DNA of 64,000 nt from Verrucomicrobiota bacterium (lineage in GTDB: Bacteria; Verrucomicrobiota; Verrucomicrobiia; JABWAM01; JAHFSZ01), in assembly GCA_023265515.1 (NCBI GenBank), contig JAHFSZ010000002.1, positions 8,358-72,357 on the forward strand. The letters are read 5' to 3'. Below, in pieces: positions 36,935 to 46,636 of the stretch (positions within the stretch are counted from its first letter, which is position 1; every line of letters begins with the position of its first letter). A program made the position numbers and the translations under genes. The notes under the pieces are model-generated. The model made no database searches. It was not told the origin of the DNA and saw nothing but the letters and a program-made list of their open reading frames with translations.

Positions 36935-37747
36935 ATGATCCGCATCGACCGAAATTTTTTCAAGCCCTCGAAGAGTTTTTTCCTCATCGCAGGCCCGTGT
37001 GTCATCGAGTCGTACAAGCAGATCTTCACGACGGCGAAGACCCTTAAAACAATCTGCCAGAAGCTTAAAATCCGGTTCGTCTTCAAGACATCGTACGACA
37101 AGGCCAATCGGAGCTCCTTTCTTTCGTTCCGTGGGCAGGGCGTCGAGCAGGGCTTGAAGATGCTGGGACAGCTTCGCAAGGAGCTCAACATCCCGATCCT
37201 CACCGATGTCCACAGCATCGAAGAGGCTTTCCTCGCCGCCGCAGTTGCCGATGTCCTCCAGATTCCCGCCTTTCTCTGCCGCCAGACCGATCTGTTGATC
37301 GCGGCGGGCAAGACTGGCAAATGGGTCAACATCAAAAAAGGCCAGTTTCTTTCGCCGCGCGACATGGAGAAGGCGATCGAAAAGATCGAGCGCGGCGCCA
37401 AGTCCCAGCGCATCCTCCTGACGGAGCGCGGCACCAGCTTCGGCTACCACAATCTGGTCGTTGACTTTCGCAGCATCCCGATCATGAAGCGGACCGGCTA
37501 TCCCGTCATTTTCGACGCCACCCACAGCGTCCAGCTGCCGGGTGCCGAGGGCGACCGCTCGGGCGGTGAACGCCAGTTCGTCGCCCCCCTGGCGCGCGCC
37601 GCCATTGCCGCGGGCGCCGACGGGTTGTTCATCGAAACCCATCCCAACCCGGACGAAGCCCTCTCTGACGGCGCCAACATGGTCCCGTTGGCCGAGATGG
37701 AGAGTCTGCTGAAGGGGTTGCTGAAGATTCGAAAGAGTTTGGGTTGA
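36935..37747 (+). CDS. kdsA: KDO 8-phosphate synthase
   Basis: IAGPCVIE, DKANRSS, QIPAFLCRQTDL, NIKKGQF, ERG, DATHSVQ and SDG motifs. Confidence 0.97.
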   Translation: MIRIDRNFFKPSKSFFLIAGPCVIESYKQIFTTAKTLKTICQKLKIRFVFKTSYDKANRSSFLSFRGQGVEQGLKMLGQLRKELNIPILTDVHSIEEAFLAAAVADVLQIPAFLCRQTDLLIAAGKTGKWVNIKKGQFLSPRDMEKAIEKIERGAKSQRILLTERGTSFGYHNLVVDFRSIPIMKRTGYPVIFDATHSVQLPGAEGDRSGGERQFVAPLARAAIAAGADGLFIETHPNPDEALSDGANMVPLAEMESLLKGLLKIRKSLG

Positions 37748-37772
37748 GCCAAAGACTCTTTGTGGTCCGAAA

Positions 37773-38255
37773 TCAGGGGTTTGGAATTTCGAGCAGTGCC
37801 ACTGCGAATGCCACGATCCCCTCTTCCCGGCCGGTGAAGCCCAGCCTCTCCGTGGTGGTGGCCTTGATGGAGATTGCTTCGTCGGAAATCTTCAGGACCT
37901 CAGCCAGTTTAAGTCTCATGAGAGGGACATGAGGCGAGAGTTTGGGTTGCTCGGCAAGAATCGTGCAGTCCAGATTGTTGATCCGCGCCTTTTTCTCACC
38001 GAGGAGCCTGCGGACATGTTCGAGCAGTTTCAGGCTGTCGGCTCCGCGATAGGCATCGTCGGTATTGGGGAAGAGCACACCAATGTCGCGCTCCCCGGCA
38101 GCGCCGAGCAATGCGTCCATGATGGCATGCGTCAACACGTCCGCGTCGGAATGCCCGTCCAAGCCATGCGTGTGCGGAATTTCGACGCCGCCGAGAATCA
38201 ACTTCCGTCCTCTCGCAAACCTGTGAACGTCAATCCCCTGGCCGATCCTGATCAT
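37773..38255 (-). CDS. ispF: 2-C-methyl-D-erythritol 2,4-cyclodiphosphate synthase
   Basis: RIGQGIDVH, GHSDADVLTHA, DIG and KATTTERLGFTGREEG motifs. Confidence 0.97.
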   Translation of the reverse strand: MIRIGQGIDVHRFARGRKLILGGVEIPHTHGLDGHSDADVLTHAIMDALLGAAGERDIGVLFPNTDDAYRGADSLKLLEHVRRLLGEKKARINNLDCTILAEQPKLSPHVPLMRLKLAEVLKISDEAISIKATTTERLGFTGREEGIVAFAVALLEIPNP

Positions 38256-38265
38256 TTTTTCGGTC

Positions 38266-38293
38266 TTGAATGTTGAATTTTAAATTTTGAGCT
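38266..38293. repeat. heptamer micro-array (TTGAATT-type) at the ispD/ispF junction
   Basis: TTGAATG TTGAATT TTAAATT TTGAGCT. Confidence 0.55.
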
Positions 38294-38984
38294 TAAGCAG
38301 CGCTTCCGCAAACCGAATATCCTGCTTTCTCGTGATCTTCGGGTTGGGGCCGTCGTATTCGTACAAATAAACTTTCCCGCCCCAGGCCTCGACGGCCGCC
38401 GCGTCGTCCGTAACGCCCAGTTTCTTCTTACAGACATGTCGATAGGCATTCAAAATCAACGATCGGCGGAAAACCTGAGGCGTCTGGACCGCAAAGAGAT
38501 GGTTTCGGTCGACGGTGGCATGGACACGGCACCGGCCATTGACCTTTTTGATCGTGTCAACCACCTTGGAGCCGATCACGGCCGACCCGCGCTGGCGCGC
38601 CACCCGGAGGCCCTCGCGAATCATCGCTTCATTCAAGAAAGGCCGGGCCCCATCGTGAATGATCACCCACCCGCTCTCCTTGCCGATTTTTTCGAGAGCC
38701 AGGCTGACGGAATCGGAGCGCTCAGCACCGCCACGGATCATTTTCTTGACCTTGGTGAAACGGTGGCGTCGGACGAGCGACTGGAGCTTGCTTCTATTGC
38801 GCTCGTTGCAGGTGAGAAAAACCTGGTGGATGGACGGTGAACGCTGAAGCGCGCGCAACGAGTAAAACAAGACCGGCCTGCCCGCGAGCGGGAGGAAAAG
38901 CTTGTCGATCCGCCGGCCCATGCGGCGGCTCCGGCCCGCGGCCAGAAGGATGGCGGTGGCAAGGCCGTTTTTAGCTCTTGGCAT
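38280..38984 (-). CDS. ispD: 2-C-methyl-D-erythritol 4-phosphate cytidylyltransferase
   Basis: LAAGRSRRM, GGAERSDSV, HDGARPF, QTPQ, TDD and KIT motifs. Confidence 0.96.
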   Translation of the reverse strand: MPRAKNGLATAILLAAGRSRRMGRRIDKLFLPLAGRPVLFYSLRALQRSPSIHQVFLTCNERNRSKLQSLVRRHRFTKVKKMIRGGAERSDSVSLALEKIGKESGWVIIHDGARPFLNEAMIREGLRVARQRGSAVIGSKVVDTIKKVNGRCRVHATVDRNHLFAVQTPQVFRRSLILNAYRHVCKKKLGVTDDAAAVEAWGGKVYLYEYDGPNPKITRKQDIRFAEALLKLKI

Positions 38985-40002
38985 GTTTTAAATCCGCGAA
39001 GACCATTCGGCCCGCGGGCGTTTGAAGAATGCTGGCGACTTCCGCCTGGACAACCTGGCCAAGATGCGGTTTGCCCATGTTTACGACGATCATGGTGCCG
39101 TCGCTCAGATAACCGACCGCCTGGCCCGAATCACGGCCTTCCTTGACCAGTTTCACGTCGATCAGTTCACCCGGGAGCGCGAGGGGTCTCGTGGCCTTGG
39201 AAAGCTCGTGAACGTTCAAGAGTTTGACTTCCTGCAATTCGGCGATCTTCTGAAGGTTATAGTCCGTCGTGATGATGCGGGCGTTCAAAAGCCGGGCCAT
39301 GTGAATCAGCCTCGCGTCAACCTCGCCGCCCTCCGGCAGACTTCCCTCCGGAATGTGGAAATTGATCATCGAGCTCGACTTCAACGCTTCGAGCGTCTCC
39401 TGCCCCCGCCGGCCCTTGGCCCGGCGTGTCACATCCGCGGAATCGGCAAGGCGCTTGACCTCCTCGAGCACATACGGGGACACGCTGAGCGTCCCCTCGA
39501 TGAAGCCGGCTTTGACCAGGTCCACAATCCTCCCATCAATGATAGCGCTCGTGTCCACGACCCAGTTGGTTTCGCGCGAATCGGATCGCTGGAAACGGAT
39601 GTAGGGGATGATCAGGCTGAACTCGTCCTTGTTGCTGCGAAGCGCAAGCATCATGCCGAGATAGCCGGCTACCAGGTAGACAAACAGGTGGATGAGCCAT
39701 TGGGTATCTTTGCTGGTGTACTCAAAGATCCCGGATGCCAACAGCAGCCAAGCCAGGATGCAGCCGATCGCCAGGCCGAACGTCGCCGACGAAAACGCCC
39801 GCAGTGAAACCCCCTTCAAAAGCCGGTCGGCGAGGATGACCATAAGGCCGGCCACCATGCCAAGACAGAAACCAACCCAGTGCGGCCAGTGCGTCCAGCC
39901 CTGCTTGCCCAGCATGTCGGTAAACGCCTCCGCGACATAGTAGCCCCCGACACCGCATGCAACGAGGAACAAAACCCTGAAAATGTTGACTGTCCGCTCC
40001 AT
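38971..40002 (-). CDS. membrane-bound PIN/TRAM domain protein (YacL-like)
   Basis: Four N-terminal TMs, PIN VDTSAIIDGRI, TTDYNL, TRAM GQAVGYLSDGTMIVV; adjacent to ispD-ispF. Confidence 0.92.
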   Translation of the reverse strand: MERTVNIFRVLFLVACGVGGYYVAEAFTDMLGKQGWTHWPHWVGFCLGMVAGLMVILADRLLKGVSLRAFSSATFGLAIGCILAWLLLASGIFEYTSKDTQWLIHLFVYLVAGYLGMMLALRSNKDEFSLIIPYIRFQRSDSRETNWVVDTSAIIDGRIVDLVKAGFIEGTLSVSPYVLEEVKRLADSADVTRRAKGRRGQETLEALKSSSMINFHIPEGSLPEGGEVDARLIHMARLLNARIITTDYNLQKIAELQEVKLLNVHELSKATRPLALPGELIDVKLVKEGRDSGQAVGYLSDGTMIVVNMGKPHLGQVVQAEVASILQTPAGRMVFADLKHAKS

Positions 40003-40029
40003 GTTGAATTCCGATCGTTGGTTGGGGTT

Positions 40030-40833
40030 TTAGCGCGATTTTGGATTCATGAACTTTCGCCGTTCTTCGTTCTTCTCCGCCTCTTTTTGGCTATCCGTCT
40101 TGTTCTTATCCTGTTCGTAGCGGTCTTTATAGCCTAAAATGCCGCCTTTTCTCAGATTGTAGGAAAGCGCCCGGACATTTTCGTAAATTTCCTCTTTCTG
40201 GAAGAGCCTGCCGATGGTGCCCCGGCCCTTGTTGATGTCATCCAGGATCTTGTTCATGCGCGTGCTGGTCGTATTCATATTCGCCGTCAGCTCCTTGAGA
40301 TTTTTCGCGCTCGACCGCAGGTCGCTCAGAGTGGCGTCGTCCAGAAAACCGGAGGAAAGCTTGTCGACGGAGGCGTTGAGCTTCTGCAAGAACTCCTCGG
40401 CACTCTCCGCCATATGACCCAGGCTCGCCGGCTCCTTCCCATGGAGGATCTCCCCTGGTTTGGCCGCCGCCGCCGTCTGACTGCCCGGATCGATCGTGAT
40501 ATAAACGTCGCCGAGCAGACCGGATTGCTTGATGGCGAATGTCGCATCCTCTTTGATGATGTACTTCCACTTCTTGAAATGGAACATGCCGAGGACCACG
40601 TCAACATGATGGCCTTCAGGATCCAGGCTGATCTCCTTCACCTTGCCAACCTCGACGCCAGCATAAAGAACCTTCGAGCCGTTGATCAGGCCCGAGGCAT
40701 TCTGGAAACGGACGGTGAGCTCGTAGTCGCCCCGCTCGCCAAACTTGCCGAAGAAAAGAATCAGGCCGGCAACGACGGAAAGACCCATGAGGACAAAGAG
40801 TCCGACCTTCCATTCCAAGTGCTTGGATTCCAT
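40030..40833 (-). CDS. mlaD: MlaD/MCE-family protein
   Basis: KVGLFV TM segment, F..ASGL..GS.V..AGV.VG.V, GLLGDVYI..PG. Confidence 0.9.
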   Translation of the reverse strand: MESKHLEWKVGLFVLMGLSVVAGLILFFGKFGERGDYELTVRFQNASGLINGSKVLYAGVEVGKVKEISLDPEGHHVDVVLGMFHFKKWKYIIKEDATFAIKQSGLLGDVYITIDPGSQTAAAAKPGEILHGKEPASLGHMAESAEEFLQKLNASVDKLSSGFLDDATLSDLRSSAKNLKELTANMNTTSTRMNKILDDINKGRGTIGRLFQKEEIYENVRALSYNLRKGGILGYKDRYEQDKNKTDSQKEAEKNEERRKFMNPKSR

Positions 40834-40845
40834 ATCTTCGTCAAC

Positions 40846-41589
40846 CTAGATGTCCACCAGCACATCGCTCCGGCCCTGGATGAACTTCTGGACCACTGGG
40901 TTTTGTGAGTTTTGTATCTCAGCGGGGGTGCCCGACTCAAGGATTTTGCCCTCGTAAAGCATGCCGATGCGATCCGCCACCTTGTATGCGCTCACCATGT
41001 CGTGCGTGACGACGATCGATGTCACATGAAATTGTTCGGAAAGCTTGAGGATCAGGTTGTTGATGCTGTCGGCGATGACCGGGTCGAGGCCCGCAGTGGG
41101 TTCATCATAGAGGACGATGCTCGGCCGGTCAATGATGGCTCGGGCAAGACCCGCCCGCTTGCGCATCCCGCCGCTGATCTCCCCGGGCTTCTTGTGGCCG
41201 TGCCCCTCGAGCGACACCAGTTTGAGCGCCTCTTCGACACGCCCGCGGATATCGCGTTTTGAATTCCTGCCCGAAATGGCCAGTGGAAATGCGACGTTCT
41301 CGTAAACCGTCATGGAATCGAACAGGGCGGCATTTTGGAAAAGGATCCCGATTTTCTTGCGAAGGGGAGTCAGTGTGCGCTCCTCGAGAGGCACCCAGTC
41401 CTGCCTATCGATGAAGATTCGGCCGCGCCTTGGCTTGGCGAGCGAGGCAATCAGCCTCAAGAGCTGGCTTTTGCCTCCGCCGCTCCGGCCGATGATGACG
41501 AGCGTCTCGGCGGACTCCACCCGCAGGTTGACGCCGCGCAGAATGTCGGTCCCTTTGAATCCGTGGTGGAGATCTTCGACTTGGATCAT
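40846..41589 (-). CDS. mlaF: MlaF-type ABC transporter ATP-binding protein
   Basis: GRSGGGKS, FQNAALFDSMTV, ISGGMRKR, YDEPTAGLDP, VTHD; start MIQVEDL at 41589. Confidence 0.93.
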   Translation of the reverse strand: MIQVEDLHHGFKGTDILRGVNLRVESAETLVIIGRSGGGKSQLLRLIASLAKPRRGRIFIDRQDWVPLEERTLTPLRKKIGILFQNAALFDSMTVYENVAFPLAISGRNSKRDIRGRVEEALKLVSLEGHGHKKPGEISGGMRKRAGLARAIIDRPSIVLYDEPTAGLDPVIADSINNLILKLSEQFHVTSIVVTHDMVSAYKVADRIGMLYEGKILESGTPAEIQNSQNPVVQKFIQGRSDVLVDI

Positions 41590-42371
41590 GGGGTGAGCAG
41601 CTTGCTGAAGATAATGGTGATGAAAAAATTCGCGATGAGGATCGCCACCGAAGAAACCACCACGGCTTCCATCGTCGCCTTCCCCACGCCCTCGGCGCCT
41701 TCTTCGCAGGTTAAACCCTTGTTGCAGCTGACTGTGACGATGATCCATGCGAAGGCCAGCGCTTTCATGAGCCCCGCCACCACGTCTTTGTATTTGGTGT
41801 ATTTCTCCATATTGTTGAGAAAATAGCCTCCGTCGATGCCGAGCAACTGAGTCCCCACCAGGTATGCCGCGACAATGCCAACCAGGATCGCCTCCGCCGT
41901 GAGCATAGGCATCGACACCACCAAGCCTATGGTCCGTGGAACCACCAGGTAGTCCACCGGGTGCACCGCCAGCGCCCGCAGAGCATCCACCTGCTCGGTC
42001 ACCCGCATCGTGCCGAGCTCCGCGGCAATGGCCGCGCCAACCCGGCCCGCCAGGATCAGGCCGGTGATGATCGGCGCCAGCTCCCGCGCCAGGGCGATCG
42101 AGACAGCAGGCCCGGTGCCGGAATCCATCTGAACCTTGTGAAACTGGTAGAAGATCTGGGCGCAAAAGACCATGCCGATGAAGGCGCCTGTAAAACAAAC
42201 CACCATCTGGGAGCGGGCCCCAATCAGGTAAATTTGCGTGAAGATTTCCCGGAAATACGGCCGTCGCGTGAAAAGCGAACGCAGCGTCTCGAGGGTCAAC
42301 GACCACCATTCGCCGAGCTCGCTGAGAAACCGAAAGGCGGTGTTCGCGATCGGGTCCAACAGCATGTTCAT
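41586..42371 (-). CDS. mlaE: MlaE-family ABC transporter permease
   Basis: RELAPII, AGRVGAAIAAELGTMRVTEQVDAL, YLVVPR, GAEGVGKAT. Confidence 0.94.
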   Translation of the reverse strand: MNMLLDPIANTAFRFLSELGEWWSLTLETLRSLFTRRPYFREIFTQIYLIGARSQMVVCFTGAFIGMVFCAQIFYQFHKVQMDSGTGPAVSIALARELAPIITGLILAGRVGAAIAAELGTMRVTEQVDALRALAVHPVDYLVVPRTIGLVVSMPMLTAEAILVGIVAAYLVGTQLLGIDGGYFLNNMEKYTKYKDVVAGLMKALAFAWIIVTVSCNKGLTCEEGAEGVGKATMEAVVVSSVAILIANFFITIIFSKLLTP

Positions 42372-42378
42372 GCGGGCA

Positions 42379-42407
42379 AAACTAGGCATCTGAGACCTGA
42401 ATTGCAA
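42379..42407 (-). promoter_or_regulatory. sigma70-type promoter, probably leaderless, for mlaEFD
   Basis: TTGCAA-17 bp-TAGTTT, ending 7 nt before the ATG at 42371. Confidence 0.5.
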
Positions 42408-42447
42408 TACTGTTGCCAAATGTCGTCGGCCCGATTATCTAGGAGAT

Positions 42448-42894
42448 ATGAGCCTTTCCGAACAGATTGACGGACAGATCATGGATGCGATGAAGAAGAG
42501 CGAAGCCGCACGGCTTTCGGTCATGCGCCTGCTCAAGTCGGCCGTCAAATATTACCAGGTGGAAAAAAAGCTTGCTGAGGTAAACGATAACGATTTTCTC
42601 GCGGTCGTCCGCAAGCAGATCAAGCAGCGACAGGACTCCGTGGAGGCCTACAAACAGGGCGGCCGTGACGAATTGGCCGCCAGGGAACAGGAAGAGCTCA
42701 AGATCCTGGAGGAATTTCTCCCGCCGTCAATGTCCGAGTCCGATCTTGAACAACTTATCAAGGAAACCATCCAGCAGCTCGGTGTCAGCTCCAGGAAGGA
42801 GATGGGCCGCGTCATGAAGGCCGTGAACGAAAAGATCGCCGGCCGCGCCGACGGCAAAACCGTCAGCCAGCTCGTTCAAAAAAACCTGGTCTGA
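42448..42894 (+). CDS. GatB/YqeY domain protein
   Basis: AMKK, KQRQDSVEAY..GGR.ELA..E, FLP, MGRVM, ADGK..S; AGGAG ribosome-binding site. Confidence 0.92.
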   Translation: MSLSEQIDGQIMDAMKKSEAARLSVMRLLKSAVKYYQVEKKLAEVNDNDFLAVVRKQIKQRQDSVEAYKQGGRDELAAREQEELKILEEFLPPSMSESDLEQLIKETIQQLGVSSRKEMGRVMKAVNEKIAGRADGKTVSQLVQKNLV

Positions 42895-42912
42895 CTTCCC
42901 CCGCCCTGACGC

Positions 42913-43338
42913 TCACCGCGCCGGGTAGAGGTGATAAAGCATCACGTAGATCACCACGCCCGTCACCGAGACATACATCCAGATCGGGAAGGTCCACCGC
43001 GCCAGGGCCGCATGATGTTTAAACCGGCGCTTCAAGGCCAGCCTCAGGGTAAGGATCGCAAGCACGGGTACTGCCGCCGCGAGCAGCGTATGAGAAATCA
43101 GGATGGTGAAATACACTGTCCGCAACACCTCCCCTTCGCCCATGAATTTTTTCGAGCCGACCTGCGCGTGGTAAGTGAGATACGAGACCAAAAAAGCCAC
43201 CGAAACCAGAAACGCGACGCCCATGCAGAGGCGGTGGGCCCGGACATTCGTCGTCTTGATGAAGTAAAGTCCCAGGAGCAGCAACACCGCGCTGGTCCCA
43301 TTGAGCAGGGCGTTGAGCGAAGGCAGAAATTGGATCAT
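42913..43338 (-). CDS. DUF420 membrane protein (oxidase assembly-associated)
   Basis: LNALLN, H..CM, FL.SYL.YH, Y..ILISH..LA, H..LAR.T.PIW.YVSVTG. Confidence 0.9.
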   Translation of the reverse strand: MIQFLPSLNALLNGTSAVLLLLGLYFIKTTNVRAHRLCMGVAFLVSVAFLVSYLTYHAQVGSKKFMGEGEVLRTVYFTILISHTLLAAAVPVLAILTLRLALKRRFKHHAALARWTFPIWMYVSVTGVVIYVMLYHLYPAR

Positions 43339-44039
43339 GGCCGGGAAGCGTGTTTCAACGCGGCGATATCCGAGACAATCTTTTCCAGCACATCCTCGCG
43401 GGCCTTCTTCTTGGTGACGGCGCTCTCGATTGCAGGCACGGGTTCCGGTTCCAGCGTCGTGTCAGCAACGCCGTAATAACCGCGAATCTGCCCGTTGCCG
43501 TCAACCAGCACGAAATGGGTGCCATGGATGATCGGCTGCTCGGCTGGATTCCGTCCCGCCTCCGACACGCCCAATTTGAAGTCCTTGGTGATCATCTCGA
43601 AAATCTGCTTCCGGTCGCCGGTCAAAAAAATCCAGACGCCGGGGCGCGCGCCGTAGCGCTTCGCATAATGCCGGAGAAGCTCGGGCCGGTCGTATTCGGG
43701 ATCAACTGAGACGCTGACGAGCCTCACTCCATCGACTCCCTCCAGGGACTTTTGCAGCTCGGCCATCCGCGACGACATGATCGGGCACGGGCCGGCGCAG
43801 CGGGTAAAGACGAAGTCCGCCACCCACACGGAGCCCAGCAGATCCTTCAGCGTGACATTTTTGCCGTCCTGGTCGATCAGCTTGAAATCTGTAATACGCC
43901 CATAAACCGGCGGCATCGCGGCCCTTCTCTGGGCGATGCTTTTGACGAGTACCGAGACCCAAATTACCGAGCCAACGATGAGGCCGAGGAAAAAAATCAG
44001 CCAGACCCATGCCACCACCTTTCGGGAGGACGCCGTCAT
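43335..44039 (-). CDS. SCO1/SenC copper chaperone
   Basis: FTRCAGPCP (CxxxC), SVDPEYD, FLTG, HGTHFVLVD. Confidence 0.93.
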   Translation of the reverse strand: MTASSRKVVAWVWLIFFLGLIVGSVIWVSVLVKSIAQRRAAMPPVYGRITDFKLIDQDGKNVTLKDLLGSVWVADFVFTRCAGPCPIMSSRMAELQKSLEGVDGVRLVSVSVDPEYDRPELLRHYAKRYGARPGVWIFLTGDRKQIFEMITKDFKLGVSEAGRNPAEQPIIHGTHFVLVDGNGQIRGYYGVADTTLEPEPVPAIESAVTKKKAREDVLEKIVSDIAALKHASRP

Positions 44040-44821
44040 ACCGCATCCGTGCGTTTCCTGCGGAGAGCCGCTGTCCAGGAAAGAACGAACATCGCCAGTC
44101 CGAAGAGTATGATCACCGCAAGACAGAGCGGCAATGATGCGACCTGGGCGGGATAGGCATCGCCGAGAAGGACGCGCTGAAAGGCGCTAACCCCGTAAGT
44201 CAGCGGGTTGACCACCATGATCCATTTCAACCAGGATGCCGCTCCCGAAAGCGGAAAAAGCGACCCGGATAAGAGCCACATTGGCATCAAAAAAAGATTC
44301 ATGATGCCGTGGAATCCCTGCGTCGATTGCATTCTCCACGCGATAAGGAATCCAAGGCCGGTCAAAGCGAACGCGATTCCGAACATCACTCCGACCAGTG
44401 CCACGCCCTGGACAACACCGATCGGGATGCCGGCCACGGGAGCCAGCAGAACGAAGATCAGCCCCTGCAACAGCGCCACCGAACTGCCCCCCAGAATTTT
44501 GCCAAGCACGATCGCCCCGCGTGAAACCGGCGCCACCAGCACCGACTGCATGAACCCTTCGCGCCGGTCCTCGATGATCGAGATCGTGGAAAAAATGGCG
44601 GTGAACAGGACAATCAGCACCGCAGTACCCGAAAAAAGGAACCGCAGGTAGCCGACTTTCGACGCGCCCGGCGACTGGAAGGATCCGCCAAGTCCGAAGC
44701 CGATCATGACCCAAAACAGCACCGGTGGCGCCAGCGAACCGATGACGCGGCTCCGATCACGATAAAACCGGATGATCTCCCTCCACCAGAGCGTGAAAGC
44801 CGGGAGCCAGAAGGCGTTCAT
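44036..44821 (-). CDS. ABC-2 type transporter permease
   Basis: Multiple TMs, DRREGF..VLVAPVSR..IVLGK, LSG.LFP, NPLTY. Confidence 0.9.
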   Translation of the reverse strand: MNAFWLPAFTLWWREIIRFYRDRSRVIGSLAPPVLFWVMIGFGLGGSFQSPGASKVGYLRFLFSGTAVLIVLFTAIFSTISIIEDRREGFMQSVLVAPVSRGAIVLGKILGGSSVALLQGLIFVLLAPVAGIPIGVVQGVALVGVMFGIAFALTGLGFLIAWRMQSTQGFHGIMNLFLMPMWLLSGSLFPLSGAASWLKWIMVVNPLTYGVSAFQRVLLGDAYPAQVASLPLCLAVIILFGLAMFVLSWTAALRRKRTDAV

Positions 44822-45786
44822 TTTTTTACCTCTTCCCCGGCACCCTCGACTGCGCCGTTCGCGTAAATGAAACGGTGGCCGGTGTGATGCACGAAAACAT
44901 CTTCGAGCGTCGGCTTGCCGAGCCGGATCGACTGGATTCTTCCCGGAAATGTCTCGACGAGCTGGGTGATGAACTCGTGCCCACGTTCCTTTTCGATACG
45001 GAGCGTGTCATCGACGAGAGTGGCCTCGACGCCAAAACGCTCATGAATTTGCTTTTGAAGCTCGCCTGGATGGTCGGACACCGCCGTGATCACATCGCCG
45101 CCGATTGCGGCCTTCAGCCGCTCCGGGCGGTCAAGCGCGATCAGCCTGCCCCCGTCCAGAATTCCGATCCGGTCGCACTTCTCAGCCTCCTCCATCAAAT
45201 GTGTCGTCAGGACAACGGTGGTCCCTTCCGCCTTTCGGATGGACTCAAGGTAGTTCCAGACGTCCCGGCGTGCGTTCGGGTCGAGCCCCGTGCTCGGCTC
45301 ATCCAGCAGCAGCAAGTCAGGATGGTGGAGAAAACCCTTCGCCAGCTCCGTGCGCCGGCGTAAACCGCCTGAAAGTTCTTCGACACGCGTCCGGCGCCTC
45401 TCCCAAATGCCGACGCGCTCCAGCTTTTCGCGAATGCGGTCTGTCAAATCGGATCCACTCATCCCATAGAGGTGTCCCTGGTGCCAGAGGTTCTCCTCGA
45501 CCGTCAATTTTTTGTCCAGTGCCGGCGCCTGAAAGACGACGCCCATGCGCATTCGCGCCTCGGCGGGCCGCGCCGACACGTCGACGCCAAAGATTTCCGC
45601 AATTCCCTCCTGCGGCTCAAGAAGCGTCGACAGAATCTTGAAGAGCGTCGTTTTGCCGCCGCCATTCGGGCCGAGAAGGCCGAATAATTCGCCGCGTGTG
45701 ACCTCAAAACTCACCGACTGAAGCGCCTGCCGCTGGCCATAACGATGGCTGAGTCCGTCAATCCGGATGGCGGGTGAATCACTCAC
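44818..45786 (-). CDS. ABC transporter ATP-binding protein (DrrA-like)
   Basis: GPNGGGKTT, LSGG, LLLDEPSTGLDP, TTHLMEEA, PTLEDVF. Confidence 0.93.
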   Translation of the reverse strand: MSDSPAIRIDGLSHRYGQRQALQSVSFEVTRGELFGLLGPNGGGKTTLFKILSTLLEPQEGIAEIFGVDVSARPAEARMRMGVVFQAPALDKKLTVEENLWHQGHLYGMSGSDLTDRIREKLERVGIWERRRTRVEELSGGLRRRTELAKGFLHHPDLLLLDEPSTGLDPNARRDVWNYLESIRKAEGTTVVLTTHLMEEAEKCDRIGILDGGRLIALDRPERLKAAIGGDVITAVSDHPGELQKQIHERFGVEATLVDDTLRIEKERGHEFITQLVETFPGRIQSIRLGKPTLEDVFVHHTGHRFIYANGAVEGAGEEVKK

Positions 45787-45843
45787 AGTTGGAAAGGGAT
45801 GGGCACATGCGTGTGTGAGATGCCGATGCTCACTGTTGGAAAG
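45782..45843. repeat. 15-bp direct repeat duplicating a stop/start junction
   Basis: CTCACAGTTGGAAAG (45782-45796) and CTCACTGTTGGAAAG (45829-45843). Confidence 0.55.
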
Positions 45844-46612
45844 TGAAATTGACCGGGGTTTCGGTCCCTGAAACCGTCACTTCTGCGGTCCGGGCCGGCA
45901 GCGCCTCGTGCCAGGCCTCGACCGTGTAGGTACCTGCGGGAATATTGGAGATGGCAAAGGAACCGTCCTCTCCAGTCACTGCGAACCACGGGTGTTCGAG
46001 GACCGCCACATGCGCACCCATCCATGGGTGCACATCGCATTTGAACCGAACTGTGACTTCCGCGCTGTTGAAGATCTTGTCTGCGAACATCCCCTTGACC
46101 GGCTGGCCCAGGTTGAACTCCCTGTTCGCCACGCCCATCGCATGGACATTGTGGAGTGTCCCGTCGCTATTGCGAATCGTGAAGGCCTGGCCCACCCGGA
46201 CCGCCATCACATGGGGGACATAATGACAATCGACCTGATCCAACAAAGGCTTGTCCGCGGACACGGGCGGGATGGGCTTCCCCTGATAACCCTTCTTTAA
46301 ATAGACAAGCACGTTTTTGAGGCCGCCTCCGGAACCGATCACCACCGTCTCGCTGACGGCCGACGGGGCATGTGCCTTGCAATAAGGATCGGCATCCATC
46401 TTGATCGGCTCAGCCGAGGGTGGCGTCCCGGAAAAGATCGCCTTGCCGGTGATCTTCCCCAGTCCGACTGCCGGCGTCGACGACGCTTCAGCCTTGGCGA
46501 TCGGTGCGGAAGCTTCCGCAACGGGCTTGGAGGAGCCCGGTTTTTTTCCGCAACTCATGATAAAAAGAAGCAAAAAGATGCCGAATATATTGGCGATTTT
46601 CACCATGAACAC
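45830..46612 (-). CDS. lipoprotein with cupredoxin-like Cu site and carboxypeptidase-regulatory-like beta sandwich
   Basis: Lipobox IMSC; LHNVH and CDVHPWM (His/Cys/His/Met); G.F.I..IP.GTY.VEAWH. Confidence 0.8.
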   Translation of the reverse strand: MFMVKIANIFGIFLLLFIMSCGKKPGSSKPVAEASAPIAKAEASSTPAVGLGKITGKAIFSGTPPSAEPIKMDADPYCKAHAPSAVSETVVIGSGGGLKNVLVYLKKGYQGKPIPPVSADKPLLDQVDCHYVPHVMAVRVGQAFTIRNSDGTLHNVHAMGVANREFNLGQPVKGMFADKIFNSAEVTVRFKCDVHPWMGAHVAVLEHPWFAVTGEDGSFAISNIPAGTYTVEAWHEALPARTAEVTVSGTETPVNFTFQQ

Positions 46613-46636
46613 ATCCGCTTGCGGTCGACCCCGCGC

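Noticed and set aside
38971..40002. PIN domain as a toxin-antitoxin or defence system
   Set aside because: It is the membrane PIN/TRAM (YacL-like) protein in its usual ispD-ispF context, with no antitoxin.
40846..42309. Apparent 487-aa MlaF with a long N-terminal extension
   Set aside because: The extension is an off-frame read through mlaE; the real ATPase starts at 41589 with an ATGA overlap.
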